Notes under the pieces: model-generated
What the model saw: the letters and a program-made list of their open reading frames with translations, nothing else
Told to the model about the DNA's origin: nothing
The model's database searches: none
Program-made: the position numbers and the translations under genes
In this document: positions 54,700 through 64,000 of the stretch, piece after piece
How positions within the stretch are numbered: position 1 is the first letter of the stretch
Layout of the letters: the number at the start of each line of letters is the position of its first letter
From: the human T2T-CHM13v2.0 reference genome, Homo sapiens
Length of the DNA stretch: 64,000 nucleotides
Reading direction: 5' to 3' (one strand)
NCBI RefSeq assembly: GCF_009914755.1
Contig: NC_060947.1

Positions 54700-55329
54700 T
54701 GGTGTTGTGTTTTTAATTCCAAATTCTAATTGTTTATTGCTGGTATATAAAAAGGCAATTGAATTTTATAGCTTTACTTTGCATCCTGCAAACTTATTAT
54801 ACTTACTGATTAGTTTCAGGAATACCTTGTTGATCTTTGGTATTTTCTAATATAATATAATCATGTTATCTGTGAATAAAGACAGTTTTATTTCTTACTT
54901 CCAAATGTGTATACATTTTCTTTACTTGTCTTACTCCATCAGCTAGGACATCCACTATGATGTTGATTAAGAGCAGAGAGAGTGGTCATTTTTCCCTTAT
55001 CCCTGCTCTTAAGGAGAAATCATTCTGTTTCTCAATATTAAGTATGATATTAGTTGTAGGGTTTGGTTTTTTTTTTTTTTTTGACAGATATCCTTTATCA
55101 AATTGATGAAGTTCCCCTTTATTCATAGTTTGCTGGGAGTTTTTATCCTGAATATGGGGTTGGATTTTGTCAAATGCTTTTCCTACATCTATTGATTAGA
55201 ATCATATACTTTTTTTTAGCCTGTTGATAGATAAACTACATTAATTAATTTTCAAATGTTGAATCAGTCTTACATACTTGAAGAAATCCCTCTTGGCCCC
55301 AGTGTATAATTATTTTTCTAAATTATTAG

Positions 55330-56420
55330 ACTCTCCCTGGGATGGAGTTCCCAGGAGAACAAGCGAGCTGCCACCTGTGCTCTTTGGGTGACTCAGCCCT
55401 TCCAGCCTGAGGGCTTTGGAAAGTCCAAATCATCTGAGAACAGAAGGGAACCCCCAGGACAGCACAACTCCTCTACCAAAACGTGGCCAGGCTGTTTCGA
55501 GTGGGTCCCCCATTTGTTCCTCCTCCTTTGTTTGGGCAGGACCTCCTGACCAGGGCCTCCAGCCACTCCTGCTGGTGTTCACTGGCTGACAGACATTTGA
55601 AAACTTCCTGGGAAAGAGTTACCAGAGGGAGAGGCAGGTCACCACCTTTGCTGTTTGGGCAATTTAACCATTCCATCCTCCAGGCTTTGGAAAGTCCCAG
55701 CTGGCTGAGGGCAGAAGAAGTACCCCAGCACAGCACAGCTGCTTTATGAAAGCATGGTCAGACTGCTTCTTTAAGTGGGTCCCCAATCCTGTTCCTCCTG
55801 ACTGGGTGAGACCTTCCAACTGGGGTCTCCAGTCACCTCCTACAGGTGTATTTTGGTTGGCAACATGTTTGTGCTTCCCTGAGACAAAGCTCCCGGAGGA
55901 AGGGGCAGGCTGCTATCTTTGCTGTTTTGCAGCCATCACTGGTGATACCCCCAGGTACTGGAAAATCTGAAGTGACTAGGGACTGGAGTGGGCTCCCAGA
56001 AAACAGCAGCAGGCCTAAGGAAAGGTGGCAAGTCTGTTAAAAGAAAAGAACACAATAAAAAACAGAAAACTCCATCCAAAGGTCATCAACTTCAAAGATT
56101 GGAGGTAGATAAGCCCACAAAGATGAGAAAGATAAAGCACAAAAACACTGAAAACTCAAAAAAGTCAGAGTGCCCTCTTTTCTCCAAATGACCACATCAC
56201 TTCTTCAGCAGGCGTTCAAAACTGGGCTGAGGTTGAAATGGCTGAAATGGCTGAAATGACAGAGATAGAATTTGAAATATGGATAAAAATGAACTTGCTA
56301 AAAGAGCATGTTGTAATCCAATTCAATAAAGCTAAAACTTATGATAAAACATTGCAGGAGCTGACAGACAAAATAGCCAGGATAGGAAAATATGTAACCA
56401 ACCTGATAGAGCTGAAAAAT
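55330..56420 (+). mobile_element. L1PA15/16-like 5' UTR plus ORF1 N-terminal fragment
   Basis: gataagcccacaaagatgagaaag...aacactgaaaactcaaaaaagtcagagtgcc. Confidence 0.7.
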
Positions 56421-59400
56421 CCTCTCTCCTCCCACCTTCCACCCTTTGATAGACCCCAGTGTGTGTTGCTCCTCTCTATGTGCCCAAGTGTTATCCTCAT
56501 TTATCTCCCACTTATAAGTGAGAAAATGTAGTATTTGGTTTTTTATTCCCGTGTCAGTTTTCTAAGGATAATGGCCTCCAGCTCCATCCATGTCCCTGCA
56601 GAAGACACGATCTCATTCTTTTATGTGGTTGCATAGTATTCCATAGTGTATATGTACCACATTTTCTTTATCTAGTCTATCATTGATGGGCATTTAGGTT
56701 GACTGCATGTCTTTGCTATTGTGAATACTGCTGCAATAAACATGTGTGTGCATGTGGCTTTGTAATAGAATGATTTGTATTCCTTTGGATATATACCCAA
56801 TTATGGGATTTCTGGGTCAAATGGTGTTTCTGTCTTTAGGTCTTTGAGAAATTGCCACACTGCCCTCCACAATGGTTAAACTAATTTACTATCCCATCAA
56901 CAGTGCATAAATGTTTCTTTTTCTCCACAACCTCACCAGGATCTGTTATTTTTTGCCTTTTTAATAATAGCCATTCTGGCTCATGTGAGATGGTATCTCA
57001 TTGTGGTTTTGATTTGCATTTCTCCAATGATCAGTTGCCAAGACCAGCTCGGTCGGGGAGACCCTAACACAGTGGCGCTAGAGGAATTAAAGACACACTC
57101 ACAGAAATATAGAGGTGTGAAGTGGGAAATCAGGGGTCTCACAGCCTTCAGAATGGAGAGCCCCGAACAGAGATTTACCCACATATTTATTAACAGCAAA
57201 CCAGTCATTAAGCATTGTTTCTATAGATATTAAATTAACTAAAAGTATCCCTTATGGGAAATGAAGGGATGGGCCAAATTAGAGGGATAGTTTGGGCTAG
57301 TTAACTGCAGCAGGAACATGCTGTTAAGACACAGATCGCTCATGCTATTGTTTGTGGCTTAAGAATGCCTTTAAGCGGTTTTCCGCCCTGGGTGGGCCAG
57401 GTTTTCCTTGCCCTTATTCCCGTAAACCCACAACCTTCCAGCTTGGGTGTTAGTGCCATGATGAACATGTCACATTGCTGCAGAGATTTTGTTTATGACC
57501 AGTTGACCAGTTTTGGGGCCAGATTATGGCCAGATTTTGGGGGGCTTGCTCCCAACAATCAGTGATGTTGAGCTTTTTTTTTTATGTGATTATTGGCCAC
57601 ATGTATTTTTTTTTTTTTGAGAAGCATCTGTTCCTGTCCTTTGCCCCCTTTTTAATGGGGTTGTTTGTTTCTTGTAAATTTGTTTAAGTTCCTTATAGAA
57701 GCTGGATATTAGACCTTTGTCAGATCCAGTTTGCACAAATTTTCTCCCATTATGTAGGTTGTCTGTTTACTCTGTTGATGCTTTTGCTGTGCAGAAGTTC
57801 TTTAGTCTGATTAGATCAATTTGTCAAATTTGCTTTGTTGCAACTTTAATTGCTTTTGGTGACTTTGTCATGAAATCTTTGCCTGTGTCTATGTCCTAAA
57901 TGATTTTGCTTAGGTTGTCTTCCAGAGTTTTCATCATTTTGGATTTTACCTTTAAGTCTTTAATCCATCATGAGTTAATTTTTGTATATGGTGTAAGGAA
58001 GGGGGTCCAGTTTCAATCTTCTGATTTTGGCTAGCCAGTTATCTCAGCATCATTTATTGAATAGGGAATTCTTTCCCCAGTGCTCGTTTTAGTCAGGTAG
58101 AAGATGAGATACTTGTAGGTGTGCAGTCTTATTTCTGGGTTCTCTCTTCTGTTGCATTTATCCATGTGCCTGTTCTTGTACCAGTATCATGCTGTTTTGG
58201 TTACTGTATCCTTGTAGCATAGTTTGAAGTTGGGTAGTGTGATGCCTCCAGCTTTGTTCTTTTTGCTTAGGATTGCCTTGGCTATCTGGGATTTTTGGTG
58301 TTGTTGTTCCTTATGGATTTGTAAATATTTTTTTCTAGTTCTGTGAAGAATCCCAATGGTAGTCTAATGGGAATAGTATTGAATCTATAAATTGTTTTGG
58401 GCAGTATGGCCATTTTAATGATATTGATTCTTCCGGTCCATGACCCTGGAATGCTTTTTTATTGGTTTGTGTCATCTCTGATTTCTTTGAGCAGTGGTTT
58501 TTAGTTCTCCTTGTAGAGATCTTTCACCTCCCTAGTTAGCTACATTCCTAGGTATTTGCTTTATTTGTGGCAGTTGTGAATGGAATTACCTTTCTGATTT
58601 GGCACTCATCTTGACTGTTGTTGGTATATAGGAATACTAAAAATTTTTGCACTTTTATTTTGTATCCTGAGACTTCGCTGAAGTTGCTTATCAACTTATG
58701 ATGCTTTTTGGCTGAGAATATGGGTTTTTCTAGATATAGGATCATGTCATCTGCAAACAGGGATAGTTTGACTTCCTCTCTTTCTATTTGAAAGCGCTTT
58801 ATTTCTTTTTCTTGCCTGATTGCCCTGGCCAGAACTTCCAATACTATGTTGAATAGGAGTGATAAGAGAGGGCATCCTTGTCTAGTGCCAGTTTTCAATG
58901 GGAATGCTTCCAGCTTTTGCCCATTCAGTATAATGTTTGCTGCAAGTTTGTCATGTATGGTTCTTATTGTTTTGAAGTATGTTTCTTCAATACTTTGTTT
59001 ATTGAGAGTTTTCAACTTGAAGGTATGTTGAATTTTATCAAAACCCTTTTCTGCACCTACTGAGATATTAATGTGGCTTTTTTCTTTAGTTCTGCTTATG
59101 TGATGAATCACATTTATTTATTTGCATATGTTGAACCAACCTTGCATCCCAGGAATAAAGCTTACTTGGTCATGTCTGATAAGTTTTTTGATGTTCTGTT
59201 GGATTCAGTTTGCCAGTATTTTATTGAGGATTTTTGCATAGATGGTCATTAAGGATATTGGCCTGATGTTTTGTTTTTTGTTGTTGCTGTTGTGTCTTTG
59301 CCAGGTTTTGGTGTCAGGGTGATGCTAGCCCCACAAAATGAGTTAAAGAGAAGTCCCTCTTTTTCCATTTTTTTTTTTTTTTGGAATAGTTTTAGTAGAA

Positions 59401-60150
59401 ATGGTACCAACTCTTCTTTGTACATCAGGTAGAATTCAGCCATGAACCTGTCTGTTCCTGGGTTTTTGTTGTTGTTGTTGTTGCAGGTTATTACTGCCTC
59501 AATTTCAGATCTTGTTATTGGTTTGTTCAGGAATTCAATTTCTTCCTGGTTCAGTCTTGGGAAGGTGTATGTGTCTAGGAATTTATCATTTCTTCTACAT
59601 TTTCTAGTTTATGTGCATAAAGGTGTTTATAATATTCTCTGATGTTTGTTTTTATTTTCATAGGATTAATGGTAATATCCCCTTTGTCATTTCTGATTTT
59701 GTTTATTTGAATCTTCTCTCTTCTCTTGTTTTTTTTTTAGTTTAGCTAGCAGTCTACCTATTTTATATCTTTTTTTCAAAAAATCAGCTCCTGAATTCAT
59801 TGACCTTTTGAATTTGTGTGTGTGTGTGTGCGTGTGTGTGTGAATCCCCTTCATTTCAGCTCTGATTTTGGTTATATCTTGTCTTCTGCTAGCTTTGGAT
59901 TTGTTTTCTGTTGATTCTCTAGTTCATTTAGTTATTATGTTAAGTTGTTAACTTGAGTTGTTAACTTTGTAACTTTTTGCTGTGGACATTTAGTGCTATA
60001 AATTTTCCTCTTTCCTACTGATCTGGTTCTTTGGATCTTTGTTCTCATTAGTTTCAAAGAACTTCTTGAGTTCTGCCTTAATTTAATCATTTACCCAATA
60101 GTCATTAAGGAGGAAGTTATTCAATTTCCATTTAATTTTATGGTTTTGGC
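56421..60150 (-). mobile_element. L1PA15/16-like ORF2 and partial 3' UTR, lacking the terminal 3' end and poly(A)
   Basis: ORF2 relic (58548-59111: [14 protein letters not shown]). The 3' UTR is cut at the G-rich tract. Confidence 0.78.
57036..57557 (-). mobile_element. MER9 solo LTR (HERV-K HML-3)
   Basis: 522 bp, TG...CA ends (minus strand TGTTGGGAG...TCTTGGCA), AATAAA present. 6-bp TSD ATCAGT at 57030-57035 and 57558-57563. Confidence 0.92.
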
Positions 60151-60527
60151 TACTCCAGCTTTCTTTTGATTAATGACACCATGGTATATTTATCTCTATT
60201 ACTTTACTGTTAGTTACTCTGCATGTGTCTTTATACTTAAAATTGGATTCTTGTAGACAACATATAGTTGGGTCCTATTTTTTTAATCAACTTTCACAGT
60301 CTCTGTCTTTTAATTGGTATATTTAGCCCATTGTTATTCCCAGTGATTTTTTATATAGTTGGATTAATATGCACCATATTTGTTAATGTTTTCTATTCAT
60401 TGACCTCATTCTTTGTTTCTTATTTGTCTTACACTTTTTTCTTTCTTCCCTCATTTTAATTGATCATTTTTATATTATTAGCTTTTGTCCCTTCTCTTAA
60501 CATATCAATTTTATTACTTTTGAAGGC

Positions 60528-60977
60528 TATTTATTTATGTAGTTATTAGAGATAGAGTCTTTGTCTTGCACTTTAGGTACCAGCTCAGAGACTTTGTCTT
60601 GCAACTTAGGCACCAGCTCAGACAGACTATCTAAACAAATACACAAATAAAAAGCTTTCTAAAGTAATATAATTAATAAGTGGCAATTGTTTCACCCAAC
60701 CCCAGCTCTGTCATCCAGGCTAGAGTGCAATGGTGTCATCATGGCTTACTGTAACTGCAAACTCCCGGGCTCAAGTGATCTTCTCACCTCAGCCTCCCAA
60801 GTAGATAGGCTTACAGGCATGTGCCAACATGACAGACTAATTTTTAAAAAATATTTTTATAGAAATAGGGTCTCACTATGTTGCCTTCACTTATCTGAAA
60901 CTCCAGACCTCCAGCAATCCTCTCATCTTGGCCACCCAAAGCGCTGGGAAAAAAGATATAGACTACCACACCTAGTC
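60528..60977 (-). mobile_element. AluJ-like element interrupted by a ~145-bp insertion
   Basis: Tail plus gagatagagtct at 60528-60560. The body resumes at gctctgtcatccaggctagagtgc (about 60706). Confidence 0.7.
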
Positions 60978-61221
60978 CTTTCTAAACTTTTAAAAGTGGT
61001 TGCCTTTAAGTCTGCAATATACATTTACAAGTAATCCAAGTCCTCTTTCATATAACACTATACCACAGCCCATATAGTGCAAAATACTTTAATAAAGAGC
61101 ATTCCTAATTCCTTCCTCCAATCTCTTATGTCTTTCATTTCACTCATCTATAAGCTATAATCACTGAATACATTATTCTTAACTGTTAACTGTTAGCACG
61201 ACTAAGCATAAGAGAAATACA

Positions 61222-64000
61222 GAGGGGCAGAGCAAGACGGCAGAATAGAAGGTTCCACTGATCATCCTCCCGTAAGAACACCAATTTAACAGCTATCTAC
61301 ACACACAAAAAAAGCACCTTGATAAAAATGAATAATCAGATGACAATTCACATTACCTGGTTTTAACATCATATCCCCGAAAGAGACACTGAACAAATAA
61401 TAATAATAAAAACAGTCTTGAATCACCAGTGTCTCCCCTCCCCTGTCCCTCGGCAACAGTATCATGGTACAGAGAGTATTTCTGTGCTCTGTGGAGAGGG
61501 AGAGTGCAGCAATTGTAAGGCATCGAATTCAGTGCTGCCCTGTTATAGCAGAAAAAAAAACCGGACCAAACTCAGCTCATAGCTGCAAACAGAGGGAGCA
61601 TTTAAACCAGCCATAGCCAGAAGGAAATTGCTGATCCCACCAGTCAGAACTTGAGATCCCACAATGTTTGCCACCATGGGCTAATGTGTTCTGGAGCCCT
61701 AAATAAACTTGAAAGGCAGTCTAGGCTACAATGACTGCAACTCCTAGGTGAGTCTTGGTGTTGTACTTGGCCAAGAGCCAGTGGACTGGGCTGTGACAGC
61801 GGTCATGAAACCTACCAATACATCAACCAGGGTGGCTAAAAGAGTACTGGCATCACCCCTTCCCTAAACACAAACCGCACAGCTTGCAGCTCCCAAAGAG
61901 ACCCCTTCCTTCTGCTTGAGGATAGGAAAGAGTGGGGAGAAATTTGTCTGGTGGTATCTTGGACACCACCTCAGCCACAGCAGGGTAGGGCACAGGTCAT
62001 AGCTATCAGACATTTCTACACACACCCTCACCAGAAGGGAACCACCTTCCTTAAAGGGAAAGACCCAGTTCTGGCAGGATTCATCACCTGCTGACTAAAG
62101 AGCACTTGGGCCCTGAATAGCAGCAATACCCAAGTACTATGTTGAGGGTGTTGGGTTGAGACTCTGAGGCTTGCTGTCCTCAGGTGAGACTCAAAACGAT
62201 CCCAGCTGTGGTGGTTATAAGGAAAGACTACTTTTACTTAAGAAAAGTGGAAGGAAAAGTAAAGGGGACTTTGTCTTGCACCTTAGGTACCAGCTCAGCC
62301 ACAGGAGAATGGAGCACCAAGTGGTCTCTTTGGATCCTCAGTTCCAGGACTTCGCTTTTGAACAGCATTTCTGGAGCTGTGCTGGGCCAGAAGGGAGATC
62401 ACTGTTCAAACAGGTGAGTCCAAGACCAGGCAGAATTCACCACAAGCTGACTGAACATCACCACAATATCCCTTTGGGCCTTAAGGGAACATCTACAGTA
62501 GTCTGGGAGTACTCCCCATACACCTGTGGTGGTGGTGGCAACAGGGTGGGATTCCTTTGCCTTTGGAAAGGGGAGGGAAGAGTGGGAAGAACTGTGTCTT
62601 GTGGGCCAGCTCAGCCACAGTACAATAGAACAACAGGTAGACTGCTAAGATTTTAGACTCTCATCCCTGGCTCATGAATGGCACCTCTGGACATGCCTGA
62701 GATTCACAACACTGAATGGAAGGACACAGGCCTAGCTGGCTTTGCCACTTGTCAATTGTACAGACCCAGGGACTTCAGCGAACATAGGTAAAGCCAAGGA
62801 ATGGTTACAGTAGGTGGTGGGGGAGACCCAGTGCTATACTGGTTTTAGGTGTGGCTCACTGCTGCAATCCTGGTGATGGTGGCCACAGTGGTGCTTGTGT
62901 CACACGACCCCAGTTCCAGGTGGCTCAGAACAAAAAAAGAGACTTTGTTTGTTTTGGAGGAAGTAAGGTAAGAGAATAAGAGTCTCTGCTTGGTAATCTA
63001 GAGAATTAGCCTTGATCTTTTCCAAGACAATCAAAGTAGTACCTCTATGAGTCTGAAAAAACAAAAAACAAAAACAAAAACAAAAACAAAAAAGCAAATA
63101 CAGCTTAGATCACTACACCCAAGTACTTTCAAATATCTGGAAAGCCTTTACAAGCAGGAAGGGTGCAAACAAGCCCAGACTGCTAAGACTACAATAAATG
63201 TGTCTTCAATGCCCAGACACAGATGAACATCTACAACTATCAAGACAATCCAGGAAAACATGGCCTCACCAGATAAACTAAATAAGTCACCAAGGACCAA
63301 TCCTGGAGAAACAGAGATATGTGAACTTTCAGGCAAAAAAACTCAAGCTAGCAGTTTTGAGGAAACTTAGATAAATTCAAGATAACACAGAGGAAATTCA
63401 GAATTCTATCAGATAACTTTCACAAACAGATGGACATAATTAAATAGAATTGAGCAGAAGTTATTGAGCTGAAAAATACAATTGGCATACTGAAGAATGC
63501 ATTAGAGTCTTTTAACAGCAGAATTGATCAAGCAGAAGACAGAATTAGTGGGCTTAAAGACAGGTTATTTGAAAATACACAATCAGAGGACATATAATAA
63601 AAAAGAACGAAAACCAATGAAGCATGCCTACAGGATATAAAAACAGTCTCAAAAGGGCAAATGTAAGCATTATTGGCCTTAAAAATGAGGTAGAGAAAGA
63701 ATTGGGGTAGAAAGTTTACTGAAAGGGATAATAACGTAAATTCCCAAATTTAGAGAAAGATTTTGTTATCCAAGTAGAAGAATATTATAGAACACCAAAC
63801 AGATTAAACTCCAAGAAGACAACCTTGAGGCATTTAGTAATTAAACTCCCAAAAGGTCAAGGATAAAGAAAGGATCCTAAAAGCAACAAGAAAAAATAAA
63901 CAAATAACATACAATGGAGCTCCAATACATCAGGCATTAAACTTTTCAGTGGAAACCTTACAGGCCAGGAGAGAGTGGAGAGAGTGGCATGACATATTTA
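61222..64000 (+). mobile_element. L1MA1-3-like 5' UTR plus ORF1 relic, running off the window edge
   Basis: ggggcagagcaagacggcagaatagaagg start. Collinear with the element at 28764. Confidence 0.78.

Overview
Human-like genomic DNA with no intact cellular gene, made up mostly of LINE-1. The L1HS-Ta diagnostics point to human. From memory and unverified, an HNRNPD retrocopy in L1-dense DNA would fit Xq11-q12. Main elements: (1) A full-length L1HS Ta-0 on the minus strand (4501-10569) with open ORF1, ORF2 and antisense ORF0. Its ORF2 carries an F605L change at the RT nucleotide-selectivity residue. (2) A ~20.7 kb nest with four levels: an old L1MA holds an L1MA2-like element, which holds an HNRNPD/AUF1 p45 processed pseudogene, which holds an AluSc. 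The pseudogene and a neighbouring Alu share one triplicated target site. (3) An L1PA4-like element (48564-54699, minus) that appears to have been copied from a spliced RNA (+97 donor joined to an acceptor near +315) and also carries a ~200 bp 3' transduction. (4) A MER9 (HERV-K HML-3) solo LTR, plus Tigger3, MLT, L2/L3/MIR and Alu relics, and several repair-type templated insertions. I see no evidence of a wholly new gene system. The novel-looking signals concern retrotransposition mechanism. Subfamily calls for the old elements come from recalled consensus sequences and their boundaries are approximate.
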